From a virus: a stretch of DNA of 64,000 nucleotides. Within the stretch, counting starts at the first letter, position 1; each line of letters opens with the position of its first letter. The notes below the pieces were generated by a model. It ran no database searches and was not told the DNA's origin. It worked only from the letters and a program-made list of their open reading frames with translations. A program made the translations under genes and the position numbers. Shown piece by piece: positions 46,696-56,429 of this stretch. The stretch is from positions 64,001-128,000 of the IMG/VR virus record IMGVR_UViG_3300017605_000342; one strand, written 5' to 3'.

Positions 46696-47651
46696 TATCT
46701 ATAACTGACCTCGTTCGTTAAGAACCAGTGCAGTTGTTCCTCCAGCGTCTTTAAGCGCCGTAACCGCAGCCACTCTGTGTAAGGTTTGCTGCGTTCTTTT
46801 GCTTCCATCATCAAATCAAACATTGACTTACTTTGTAATGGCTTTGCTTGTTTCTTAAAATGCTCAGCCATGTCGTACACATATTGATCGGCGGTTTTAT
46901 CTGCCAAAATGTACGCACAAGAAAATAAGTTCTTGTAAAAGTTCGATGAATGGTGTCTTGCATACCCTCTGCTTGCTGCTGCCCAGTGGCGGTGTATTGA
47001 CAGAGGTGACATATACACCTTACCGCCTTGCATCCAAATCGATAAGTCCGTGGATAACTCTTCACCCGCGTAGCCTTCGAACGCGCTGCATAGATGATAC
47101 CCACCATACTTTACAAACGACTCTCGCTTAACACTGACTCCACCATGACCCCCAGCGGCGATTGGAAATGGCTTATATGGATAATAAGGAACAGCTTCTG
47201 CCGAACCCCAAAAATCTCTTTTGAGTTGCAGCTTGTATCCATACAGCACCAAGTCTTTAGGATAGTACTGAGTAGCTGAATGCAGCATATCTGCGTCTGG
47301 CACTCGTTCCCAATCGTGCATCAGTTGCTTAAAGAACCCAGGACAAACCACGATATGGTTGTCAGCGAAAAACACGTACTTTCCAGTAGAGTTCTCAAAA
47401 GCCCTTGCACGAGCAGCTTGGGGAGTAAGCGGGTTATCTGTATGGTCGTAATACGTTAAAAAATCTGTTGTGCGCTTCAGTTCACCTATTGTTTGTTTGA
47501 GATCAGCGTCGGGCTTTTCACCGTTTGAAACGATGCTAAACTCAAAGTCTAGCTTTGCTTCCTGTAGCTCAAACTCGAGAGAATTGATTGTGGCCCACAA
47601 CAAACCTGCCGGGCCTCTATGTGCTATACATATTGAAATGTCTTTCGTCAC
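46695..47651 (-). CDS. GT2-family glycosyltransferase
   Basis: ISICIAHRG, ARARAFENSTGKYVFFADNH, GGY, GYAGEE. Confidence 0.75.
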   Translation of the reverse strand: MTKDISICIAHRGPAGLLWATINSLEFELQEAKLDFEFSIVSNGEKPDADLKQTIGELKRTTDFLTYYDHTDNPLTPQAARARAFENSTGKYVFFADNHIVVCPGFFKQLMHDWERVPDADMLHSATQYYPKDLVLYGYKLQLKRDFWGSAEAVPYYPYKPFPIAAGGHGGVSVKRESFVKYGGYHLCSAFEGYAGEELSTDLSIWMQGGKVYMSPLSIHRHWAAASRGYARHHSSNFYKNLFSCAYILADKTADQYVYDMAEHFKKQAKPLQSKSMFDLMMEAKERSKPYTEWLRLRRLKTLEEQLHWFLTNEVSYR

Positions 47652-47689
47652 ACATCTGCCTTTCCGAGGGTATATTACCCGATATTTTT

Positions 47690-47713
47690 ATTTTACCACA
47701 GTACTAGTACTGT
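47690..47713 (-). promoter_or_regulatory. Extended -10 promoter with overlapping 16-bp palindrome
   Basis: ACAGTACTAGTACTGT (47698-47713), then GG and TAAAAT. Confidence 0.5.
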
Positions 47714-47735
47714 TGCTTAATCATACCTGTTAATA

Positions 47736-48074
47736 TTACTCGTTATTCCCAGTACGTACTTTAACTTCTGCCGGAATTACCCATTTACCTTGAATACCAG
47801 ATTGTACAGCTACAATCTCTAGTTTATAACCACCACCTAGTGTTGGATTAAAAGTTTCTTGGATAGGTCCTCGATACATACCATTACTTGCTACCACGTA
47901 AGACAGCGTAATTGCATTGACTTCAGGTACTATGTCTCCGTCTCTGTCTTTAAGGGTAGCAGTCACAGTTGCGGCGTTGAAATACGACGCGTCATCCAAC
48001 CCGTCATGGAGTTCGTCGATTTCCACATACATATCATTTTCAATAAATAGTGTTACTTTGGTTGGTATTGCCAT
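47736..48074 (-). CDS. Small Ig-like structural protein (BppU N-terminal-like)
   Basis: ATVTATLKD.DG, NGMYRG, GYKLEI strands; start MAIPTK. Confidence 0.55.
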   Translation of the reverse strand: MAIPTKVTLFIENDMYVEIDELHDGLDDASYFNAATVTATLKDRDGDIVPEVNAITLSYVVASNGMYRGPIQETFNPTLGGGYKLEIVAVQSGIQGKWVIPAEVKVRTGNNE

Positions 48075-48085
48075 TAAATGTCCCC

Positions 48086-48901
48086 TTAGATGCCTACTAC
48101 TCTGAACCAATCAGATAGCATATGAGCGCCTGAACTAGATGTTTGCAGGCAGTAGCCTACCTGATCAAAGCTAGTAATGTACGTCGCAATGGTTTCAGAG
48201 TATACCGTTCTCCAGTCCGTCTCCGCACTATCTCCAGACGCTACTCTAAAAACAATGTTTGTACCATCATTCTCAATAGCTAGCATTGTTCTAGCCGATC
48301 TAGTCAGTTCAATGTCGGCAGTCAGTGCGTTCGCGTTGAACGTTGACGAGTCAGTATTTTTCTGAATAAGCACCTCACCAATATGAGAGGATAGTAGGCA
48401 TATCAACCTACCATTGCTGTTATTACGCACGAACAACCCACCGTATGTAGCAGACGATCCTACTGGTAGAACAGTGATTGGTGCGTAATACCTTTTGTTA
48501 GTTGGTGACGAAGCTGTTTTGTAAAGATATGCACCACGACCAGAAGTACCGGAAGTAGCAGACATACGTAACAGGCTGGGTGTCAAATTGTTCACGTCTG
48601 CAACTACTACTGAATGGTTATCATAGGTCCACCCAGATGGCGGATCGGCATTGGCACCTTCCCACTCTTCGTCTTCAGAAGCGTCTCGTCTCGGCCAACC
48701 TGGTTGATCTACTGGCCTCCACAACGCCCCAGAAGAATCCTTAAAGTACAGCTTATTGTCCTTACTTAATTTATATAGCTGAGTCGCGCTAGCACCACCC
48801 ACACTTGGCAAACTTGTCACTTCAATCATGTCATCCTCTTCTGATCTAACTGCATTTGTATAAATAAATGTGTCGGTGAAATCTATTATAGCTCTAGGCA
48901 T
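48086..48901 (-). CDS. Putative virion beta-sandwich/lectin protein
   Basis: LYFKDSSG fibre-like segment; DGTNIVFR, SDWFRV. Confidence 0.55.
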   Translation of the reverse strand: MPRAIIDFTDTFIYTNAVRSEEDDMIEVTSLPSVGGASATQLYKLSKDNKLYFKDSSGALWRPVDQPGWPRRDASEDEEWEGANADPPSGWTYDNHSVVVADVNNLTPSLLRMSATSGTSGRGAYLYKTASSPTNKRYYAPITVLPVGSSATYGGLFVRNNSNGRLICLLSSHIGEVLIQKNTDSSTFNANALTADIELTRSARTMLAIENDGTNIVFRVASGDSAETDWRTVYSETIATYITSFDQVGYCLQTSSSGAHMLSDWFRVVGI

Positions 48902-49735
48902 TTAGTACTCTATAATTTCAAATCTTTTTGAATATGAATAATTGCTAGTATTGATACACTTCGGACTGGCAGTTACACCACCCGACAACCACTTGTTTGT
49001 GAAATAACTGGTTGCTATGGCTAAGTCCGACCCTTGTCCGTTAAGGTCAACGTTGTACATGGCAACTTCGCCAACACGGCCATTGAAGTAAGCACTTCCT
49101 GCCGTACCATTCCTACCAAGCATAATGTTTCCGGTAGTTGTGGAAGTTGCTCCACTAGCAACACTAGACTCTGCCCCGCCATTAATAGCCATGTACAGGT
49201 TTGTTCCATTATGTCTAAGCATGACAACATAAGATGTAGCCAAACTGATTGTAGCTTCAACTTTGTCTTCATTCCCATCCCAGTTATACCCTTGTAAAGT
49301 ATGAACTCCAGCAACACTCTTAACATGCAAACCAAAAAACTGCCCAGAATCTACAAAAATTCCATCGTTGTTAAATGCACTTGCATCCGAACCAACTATT
49401 GCCTCAACATAAATAGACAACAAAACTGTTTTGGCACTTGCACTCAAAACATTGGCCAAACTTTTTGGAGTAACCCCGGCACTATCGTACAAACCCATTC
49501 GGTCATTTGTACCATCAAAATCTAAACATGCCAAAGCCATCAACGGAACAGAAGTTCGGTAAGTCGGTTCGGCAGACGGGTCTGACAAATACCAAAAAGA
49601 CAAATCTTTACCGTCATCGTCTTCCCATTCTTCTACAGTTTCCCCATCCACAGCAGAAGTTGAACCTGTCTTGATAACGTCGTCATTATTAGATGCATCA
49701 AAATGTGCCGTTAAGTTCGTTGTTGGTAAAGGCAT
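48902..49735 (-). CDS. LamG/concanavalin A-like domain protein
   Basis: AHFDAS, FDGTND, FNGRVGEVAMYN, YFTNKW. Confidence 0.8.
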   Translation of the reverse strand: MPLPTTNLTAHFDASNNDDVIKTGSTSAVDGETVEEWEDDDGKDLSFWYLSDPSAEPTYRTSVPLMALACLDFDGTNDRMGLYDSAGVTPKSLANVLSASAKTVLLSIYVEAIVGSDASAFNNDGIFVDSGQFFGLHVKSVAGVHTLQGYNWDGNEDKVEATISLATSYVVMLRHNGTNLYMAINGGAESSVASGATSTTTGNIMLGRNGTAGSAYFNGRVGEVAMYNVDLNGQGSDLAIATSYFTNKWLSGGVTASPKCINTSNYSYSKRFEIIEY

Positions 49736-49737
49736 AA

Positions 49738-51273
49738 TTAAACTGGAGTTGGCATGTTTGCCCCAATATCACCACCATCTGTCGCAGCATTGTGATATGG
49801 GCTAATATTAGTTAAACGTAGGTCAGCATATCCAGATAATGTTACAAACCCGACCTCAGCCAAAGTATCAGGAAAGTAATTACCAGCGGGATAAAATGGT
49901 CCCCACCCTTGATCTACGGGAGTTGCAAATACATTCTTAGAAATCACAGAATTTGGAAGATATGTATTGATTGACGGAGTACCAGAATTCTGTCCATCGC
50001 CTTTAATTCCATATTGATTGTGCTGAACGATGTTATTGGTAAAACGCATTCGCGGACAAGGAGCTGCGCTAAGAATCATCGTATCTCCACTATTCAAAAT
50101 AGTATTGTGGTCGATGTTAATATCTTGATAACCATTAATTAATAGGAATGGATTTACATCAATGTCATAAATCAAATTTCTTTGAATACATAGTCTTTGA
50201 GCGAAATCACTTGGAACGCCACTTTCTGTGTCCTGCCCGAGCATATTAATACCGTTGTACGAATTACGGATCGTGTTACGTAAAAACGAAACATCACTAA
50301 CAGTAGCCCAAGGATTTGTACCACTTTGGTTACGTACAGTAAATAGAACCGCGTAGCCAGTCTGAGCATCCGCCCAACAGTTTTCAACAATATTGTCAGA
50401 AACTAGAACTCTCTTGGCGTGTTTAAGTTCCAAGCTATTCTTCACTGTCCAGTGAGTTCCCAAATAACTAGGATCGTCTATCTTCCAAGTTAGTGGCTTA
50501 AACAATAAATTATTGCGAATCTCAATGTCTGACGGAGTAAGGTTGTGAATAGCTGCATCTGCCCCTCCAAACAAAACATTCTCACCAGCACCCTCTAGGT
50601 AATTGTTAACAATCTTATAGGGGCCTAAACCTGTCCACCCAGCAATAGCTTGAGTATCTGCTCCGACCTCTTTCCAGTCGGAAACATAAGAGTCAATAAC
50701 TGCCTGGTGACTTCCTGCAAACATAACCCCGCGTCTCCCGCCATTTACCGAACTACCACGCACGCCACAACGATCTAAAATGATGTGGTGCGGAAAATTG
50801 TTTGCGTTTGTTTCAGAGCCTGTACCAAGACACACTAATCCACCGTTTGTTGCCGTTGCGCCGGATTTAATGTCACAGTTAATAAAACGGTAATGATGTG
50901 CTCCTGCTTCTGCTTGGATAGTTGCGGCAGTATTGGCAGTAGCGATCTTAGGAAATCCGGTCAAGTCCCCGGTAGTAACTCGCGTACCCTCCGTAGTTAA
51001 CGAAGCAGAACTACGAATATAAATGTAACTACTACCACTCTTAACTGGTAGACTGAAATTTCCAGTATAAACAGATCCAGCATTAAGCGTAATTATATCT
51101 CCAGGATTTGCAGAGTTTAACGCGGCTTGAAAATCTCCACCATCTCCTACTACAATGGTTGACCCAGAAGGAGTAACGTACGTTGTATCTATATACACGC
51201 GTGGTAATTCTGGATCTGCAAATGGAACTGGCTTAAAATGTTTATGTGTGAATGGAAAATTATAACCAATCAT
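49738..51273 (-). CDS. Right-handed beta-helix (polysaccharide lyase-like) protein
   Basis: GDFQAALNSANPGDII, NNYLEGAGEN, KNSLELK, C-terminal SPY...TDGGDIGAN; start MIGYNF. Confidence 0.85.
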   Translation of the reverse strand: MIGYNFPFTHKHFKPVPFADPELPRVYIDTTYVTPSGSTIVVGDGGDFQAALNSANPGDIITLNAGSVYTGNFSLPVKSGSSYIYIRSSASLTTEGTRVTTGDLTGFPKIATANTAATIQAEAGAHHYRFINCDIKSGATATNGGLVCLGTGSETNANNFPHHIILDRCGVRGSSVNGGRRGVMFAGSHQAVIDSYVSDWKEVGADTQAIAGWTGLGPYKIVNNYLEGAGENVLFGGADAAIHNLTPSDIEIRNNLLFKPLTWKIDDPSYLGTHWTVKNSLELKHAKRVLVSDNIVENCWADAQTGYAVLFTVRNQSGTNPWATVSDVSFLRNTIRNSYNGINMLGQDTESGVPSDFAQRLCIQRNLIYDIDVNPFLLINGYQDINIDHNTILNSGDTMILSAAPCPRMRFTNNIVQHNQYGIKGDGQNSGTPSINTYLPNSVISKNVFATPVDQGWGPFYPAGNYFPDTLAEVGFVTLSGYADLRLTNISPYHNAATDGGDIGANMPTPV

Positions 51274-51274
51274 T

Positions 51275-54200
51275 TTATTCATCATCCTTACATGCTGCAA
51301 GATCAACATCGGCTTGCACTGCCTTGACTATATCAGCCGACCCAACAACAGCCGCAGGGATAACTTCGGCAGTATTGGTTACTGCTGCTGGTATAACATC
51401 AGCCGCCAGCACAACAGCCGCAGGGATAACATCAGCAGTGTTTGTGACACTAGCTGGAGTAACTTCAGCAGTGTTGGTTACCATAGCCAAAATAACGGCG
51501 ATGGTAGTTAGACACATTGTTCTTAAAATAAACAACGACTGATCTGGTGTCAGATGTATTTGCTGAATTAACCATGATTTTACAAAATGTGTAAAAATCG
51601 GTTCGTTGGTTTGTAACAACCAATCCAAGTCAATCAGAGGAGTATTGAACTCCATTCCACTAATTAGTGAAAGCAACTCGGCACGGAACTTTGCTGATCG
51701 AGTGATTTCGGTAAACGCCGGCAACCACGTAGAAAGATCAAAGATTTCTTCACGTTTTACAAAAGATAACCGTGATAGTTCAACAGAGTTCTTTCTCCCT
51801 AACAGCGTTGGAACAAAGTTCTCTTTGAACCACTTGTCCAAAGTAACCACTTCACTAGGAGTAAACTGGAATGTGCCGTTTCTGTCTATAAGTGCGAATC
51901 TCTTCTGGGGACGCTCTAGTTCTCTAGCCCATTTATCCAGAGTTACTTGCTCTCCGCTAGGAGTAAACTGGAATGCACTACCCTTATCTAGTAGTGTTAA
52001 CTTCTTAGCTGGGCGTTCTAATTCTTTAAACCACTTATCGACAGTAACACCACCATCTTGGCGTGGAACCACTACTCCCAGAACATCACGGAAAAATTTC
52101 TTAGAGAAGATCGGGTTGTGATCTTTGTACCACTTATCAACCGTAGTTCTCTCGGCTTGTGTTAGCTGTCTTGGATCAATTGCGTAATACCCCGTACGAA
52201 TAAGAGGAATGCGGGTTGTGGGTGGTATACCAGTTTCTCTGAACCAACGATCCACGGGAACTCTAAACTCGCGTGTATCCATAACAGACACACCCTCTCT
52301 TACCAAGCGAAGCTTATCTCTCTGTGGTACAGACAACTGCTGCCAATACTTATCCAAGTCAATTCTGAACTGCTTGGCATCAAACACACTAGCCCCTTCA
52401 CGCACCAACTGTGGTGGAAATCTTCTAGGTTCTGCTAGTTGTCGCCAGTACTTATCCAGTGTAATTCTTTCTGCTTGTGTCAATTGTCGCGGGTCAATAG
52501 TGAACCACCCAGGCAATCTTGGGGCAGCTTTCTTTGGCGGTGTTTCTGTTTCTTTAAACCACCGATCTGAAAACGCAGACGTGTCCTCGTATCTAAACGG
52601 AGAAACTGAATGATCATACTGGGGCAATTCACGAATAGGCAAATACAAACTAGTCTTAGTACCAACCACAAAGCTAACTATAAACCGTGGTAAAACCTGA
52701 GATTGGCTTTCACGAACTAGCGGTAACACGCTGCGTCTTGGTTCTGAAAGTGGTCCCCACCACTTATCTACAGTTACTATTTCTTGTTGCTGTTGGTACG
52801 GAGGATATACCGAAGTATCGCGCAAACTTGGTCTAGCTTTGTTGAAGTCTAGATAAAAAGTACCATCCTGTCCCACAACAAATGAGATATCTTTTGCATC
52901 TATAAACTCATTAACATAAGGTGTTAATTGCTTTTGTATGCGCTTATACTCTTGTTGATAAACAAACTTATCCACATCAATTCTAAACTGCTTAGGATCA
53001 AAACCAGACACGCCCTCTTTCACTAGCTCAGACTTAGAACGACGTGGCTCTGACAACTGCTGCCAGTACTTATCGATGGTACTGCGTTCAGCCTGAATCA
53101 ATTGATATGGATCTATTGTGTACCCCTCTTTCACCAACGGCTTAGCAGTCTTTGGAGGTGTCTGAGTTTCACGATACCATCTATCCAGATCTACCCTGAA
53201 TTCTTTTAGATCAAACGCAGAAATGCCTTGCTTCAACAGTTGGGCCGAAGTTCTTACTGGTGTTTCAGTATTACGATACCAACCGTCCAGTCTCGCAACA
53301 AACTGTCTTACATCGAAAATACTAAGACCTTCTCTGACAAGTGCTGGTTTGGAACGCACTGGTTCTGTTAGTTGTTGCCAATACTTATCAACTGTAGAAC
53401 GCTCAGCCTGTGTTAACTGACGTGGATCAATAGTGAACGCACCTTCACGAACTAGTGGCATACGTTGCCAAATAGTCTTTTCAGTTTCCTTGAACCATTT
53501 ATCTACAGTTATTGTTTCACCACGAGAAACTAAGTCCTTCGCAAAAAATCCTTCTGGTACTAATGGTTTCTTTGTCCAAAGTGTTCTTGCAGTTTCTCTG
53601 TACCACTTATCCAACGTACTATTCTCAGCCTGTGTTAGCTGTCTAGGATCTATGACAAATAAACCCTCACGCACAAGCGGTCGAACCCTATCCGGTGGCG
53701 TCCCAGTCAGTCTAAACCATCTATCTAATGGTACCAGAAGCTCGTGTGGGTCTGTAACAGATATACCAGATCTAGGTAGTATCTTAGCTAACGGCATCGG
53801 CTCAAAAATATTTCTAAACCACTTATCTACTGTAGATGTTTCTCCAGTAAAGAACGGGGCGGCTTTACCTTGGTACTGAAACTTGGTTAGATATCTTAAA
53901 TGCAAGTCATTGGTTACAACTGCAATTACGTCAGGCTGTGAAAACGGATACGTAGGAAACGTACTTTGTTGCCCTGTGATAAGTGGATCACGTAATGGCA
54001 AGTAAATACTTGTCTTTGTACCTACTGCGTATCTCACAGTAAATTCAGTGAACGCCTGCGTATGACCTTCTCTAACCAACTGGCGCGGCACCATTCTTGG
54101 CTGATTAGGTAATTGGTAATGCTTGTCTATCGTCACTATCTCTTGCTGCTGTTGGTATGCGGGTGCTGCCAACATATCCAACGTCGCTAATCTAGCCTTA

Positions 54201-54730
54201 CCAAAAGGACGGTACGACACTTGATAGTACTTGTCGATAGAACTACGTTCAGCCTGTGTTAATTGTACAGGGTCGATTATTGAAATACCTGTCTTAACTA
54301 GTGGCTTGTAAACATTGGGCGATCTCTCAGTTTCCTTAAACCACTTATCCAAGTTAATCGGAAATTCAGCTTGAGCATCTTTCGAGAAATGGCCTTCAGC
54401 GACCAGCTCTCTGCGAACCATCTTCGGTTGATTTGGCTGCTGCCAGTATTTGTCAACCGTGCTGCGTTCAACCTGTGTTAGCTGTCGCGGATCTACAGAA
54501 AAATGCCCTTCTGGTACAAGGTACTTCGGAAATTGTTTTGGCTGATTTGGTACTTGGTAATACTTATCTAAAAAAACAACTACCGGAAAAGAGGCAACAA
54601 ACGGTGGTTCAGCCTTAATCTGATACTGGAACCGCTCGTCAACCCCAATAGCTGTACTATCAAGTTCGACTTGAAGAGTGGGTGATGCCCCTCCAACATC
54701 TGTTCCACCAAATAGCAATAGCAAAGACAT
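51275..54730 (-). CDS. 1151-aa tandem repeat protein (D[KR][WY] repeats), function unknown
   Basis: About 23 clear 33-38 aa units; MSLLLLFGG N-terminus; 11-aa repeats at C-terminus. Confidence 0.9.
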   Translation of the reverse strand: MSLLLLFGGTDVGGASPTLQVELDSTAIGVDERFQYQIKAEPPFVASFPVVVFLDKYYQVPNQPKQFPKYLVPEGHFSVDPRQLTQVERSTVDKYWQQPNQPKMVRRELVAEGHFSKDAQAEFPINLDKWFKETERSPNVYKPLVKTGISIIDPVQLTQAERSSIDKYYQVSYRPFGKARLATLDMLAAPAYQQQQEIVTIDKHYQLPNQPRMVPRQLVREGHTQAFTEFTVRYAVGTKTSIYLPLRDPLITGQQSTFPTYPFSQPDVIAVVTNDLHLRYLTKFQYQGKAAPFFTGETSTVDKWFRNIFEPMPLAKILPRSGISVTDPHELLVPLDRWFRLTGTPPDRVRPLVREGLFVIDPRQLTQAENSTLDKWYRETARTLWTKKPLVPEGFFAKDLVSRGETITVDKWFKETEKTIWQRMPLVREGAFTIDPRQLTQAERSTVDKYWQQLTEPVRSKPALVREGLSIFDVRQFVARLDGWYRNTETPVRTSAQLLKQGISAFDLKEFRVDLDRWYRETQTPPKTAKPLVKEGYTIDPYQLIQAERSTIDKYWQQLSEPRRSKSELVKEGVSGFDPKQFRIDVDKFVYQQEYKRIQKQLTPYVNEFIDAKDISFVVGQDGTFYLDFNKARPSLRDTSVYPPYQQQQEIVTVDKWWGPLSEPRRSVLPLVRESQSQVLPRFIVSFVVGTKTSLYLPIRELPQYDHSVSPFRYEDTSAFSDRWFKETETPPKKAAPRLPGWFTIDPRQLTQAERITLDKYWRQLAEPRRFPPQLVREGASVFDAKQFRIDLDKYWQQLSVPQRDKLRLVREGVSVMDTREFRVPVDRWFRETGIPPTTRIPLIRTGYYAIDPRQLTQAERTTVDKWYKDHNPIFSKKFFRDVLGVVVPRQDGGVTVDKWFKELERPAKKLTLLDKGSAFQFTPSGEQVTLDKWARELERPQKRFALIDRNGTFQFTPSEVVTLDKWFKENFVPTLLGRKNSVELSRLSFVKREEIFDLSTWLPAFTEITRSAKFRAELLSLISGMEFNTPLIDLDWLLQTNEPIFTHFVKSWLIQQIHLTPDQSLFILRTMCLTTIAVILAMVTNTAEVTPASVTNTADVIPAAVVLAADVIPAAVTNTAEVIPAAVVGSADIVKAVQADVDLAACKDDE
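51317..51481 (-). repeat. Five degenerate 33-bp (11-aa) tandem repeats
   Basis: VTNTAEVTPAS/VTNTADVIPAA/VVLAADVIPAA/VTNTAEVIPAA/VVGSADIVKAV. Confidence 0.85.
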
Positions 54731-54733
54731 AGG

Positions 54734-55429
54734 TTATATACCAAACATACCGGCTGACCCAACTGGGTCCACCATGCTGATTCCAGTGCCAGAAACGTAG
54801 AACTCCATCACAATAATTCCCCACGCAGTTGTGTTTGCGTTAGTCCAAGTAATCGTCGATCCAGTCTCACCACTTGCACGAGACGCAGTTTCCTGACTAT
54901 GTGCTGGATTGGTAAAAGATACCTCTGAGCTTGCGATTTCTCCCCATGATCCTGGGGCAGTCCACTGAGCTGCTGAGTTGGTTGTATTCGTCGCAAACCC
55001 CAAACAGCCGTTACCTGTAAGAATAGCAGCATCCATAGTAACTGCGGGATTTGCAGAAGAGCCTGTAGCCGTCTTGAATTGACGCAGTAAAGGATTAGTC
55101 GTTGAATCACCACCAGTCACACGAACCACATGCATCGCACTACCGGTGGAATTTCCTGAAATTGTATAGACAGGAGTCGTTGAAGTGGCGGCTGTAGCAG
55201 CAGCATAAAATATGAAGATTGTATCTGCGCCAGCATTTTTTGTAAAGCTTGTTAAGAAGTACCACGTCCAAGCACCAGACATGGAACCGACAGCGGTATT
55301 ACCGGTCACGCTTACACAAGCAATTAACAGGTCACCAGCCGCTGGCGTTCCAGCAGTACCAGTGTGATTAGCTGCGTTGTTAGATGTGTTCGCTGAAGCT
55401 GCCGCCAAAGCTGTAAAGGCTAGTGCCAT
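54734..55429 (-). CDS. Ser/Thr/Ala-rich virion beta-sandwich protein
   Basis: AGDLLIACV motif, WTAPGSW. Confidence 0.6.
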   Translation of the reverse strand: MALAFTALAAASANTSNNAANHTGTAGTPAAGDLLIACVSVTGNTAVGSMSGAWTWYFLTSFTKNAGADTIFIFYAAATAATSTTPVYTISGNSTGSAMHVVRVTGGDSTTNPLLRQFKTATGSSANPAVTMDAAILTGNGCLGFATNTTNSAAQWTAPGSWGEIASSEVSFTNPAHSQETASRASGETGSTITWTNANTTAWGIIVMEFYVSGTGISMVDPVGSAGMFGI

Positions 55430-55605
55430 TATTCCTCTTTAACACACTGAACTCTGTTGTTGTGGGTGTGGTTATTACCTTTTCGTTCCTCTTTAGTTTC
55501 AGGTTGCCCACATTTGCAGCAATGATACCATCCACGTCCGTTGTAGAATTCTCCGAAAGTGTCGTCGTTTACTTCTTTGTAATCGCAAAAACAATGTTTA
55601 TTCAT
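55429..55605 (-). CDS. Cys-rich microprotein
   Basis: HCFCDY, HCCKCG; AAGGA RBS; TAATG coupling. Confidence 0.45.
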   Translation of the reverse strand: MNKHCFCDYKEVNDDTFGEFYNGRGWYHCCKCGQPETKEERKGNNHTHNNRVQCVKEE

Positions 55606-55610
55606 AGTCC

Positions 55611-56429
55611 TTACCATTCATACCCAGCTACACAGACATCGATTGAAATACCAGCATCCGTAGTAATGTGTAATTCTCGGTCTGCTGTTGTACAAAAGAT
55701 CGGTGAGGCTGGCGTAAAAACTAAACCAGGTTTAGATGTAGTACTTGGAGCCGATGAAAATGCAAGCACGGCTTGGTCAGTACCCGCTGAGTAGGTGGTA
55801 TCCGCATTATCACCGAACCACAAAATAATACGGGCGGCAGTCGTCGCGTAAGTACCGACCACAATCGACGTAATGGCAATTTTCTTACCAGAGGTTGGGG
55901 ACCATACGTCAGTACCAGTCTGAGTAGAAGTGGCGTTAAATGTCTTATGGATAAATAGCGCGGGATCAATATGCGCAGTAAGTTGTCTTCCCCAAAGGTC
56001 GCTCACACCATTTGCACGATCTGAGTTTGCAACAGCAGTTGGTAAAGCGTTGATCGCCTTGAAACCAACCTTGACTGGGTTACCAGAATCGGCAGAATCA
56101 TGCGGCGTGCCTCCACCAACTGCCAATGCATCCACAGCAGAAGAACCCGTCTCATCAACCACGGAAGTTTGTAGAGTACCATCACCGATTCTTACAGCAA
56201 CTGGAGTCCCTGATGGGGCATCGACTGTGATCGAGTTACCACCGTCGTTCATACGAGTTACATCAACGTCTAAACCGTTGGTCGCATCTCCACCTATTTT
56301 TCCGGTTGCATCTGCCGTTCCATCTACCAACTTTACATATTGATAATGAACACCGGAAACGTCGTCAGTTGCAACTACTGGGGTTGCTGTGCCTGTACCA
56401 GATGCTGGAATTGTTACGTTATCTGCCAT
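55611..56429 (-). CDS. Putative virion structural/fibre protein
   Basis: MADN...ATDDVSGVHYQYVKL N-terminus; C-terminal PTSGKKIAITS beta domain. Confidence 0.65.
   Translation of the reverse strand: MADNVTIPASGTGTATPVVATDDVSGVHYQYVKLVDGTADATGKIGGDATNGLDVDVTRMNDGGNSITVDAPSGTPVAVRIGDGTLQTSVVDETGSSAVDALAVGGGTPHDSADSGNPVKVGFKAINALPTAVANSDRANGVSDLWGRQLTAHIDPALFIHKTFNATSTQTGTDVWSPTSGKKIAITSIVVGTYATTAARIILWFGDNADTTYSAGTDQAVLAFSSAPSTTSKPGLVFTPASPIFCTTADRELHITTDAGISIDVCVAGYEW

Noticed and set aside
51500-54600. DNA repeats as a CRISPR array or DGR template/variable pair
   Set aside because: Repeats are degenerate, in-frame and conserved at protein level; no reverse transcriptase or adenine-specific mismatch pattern seen
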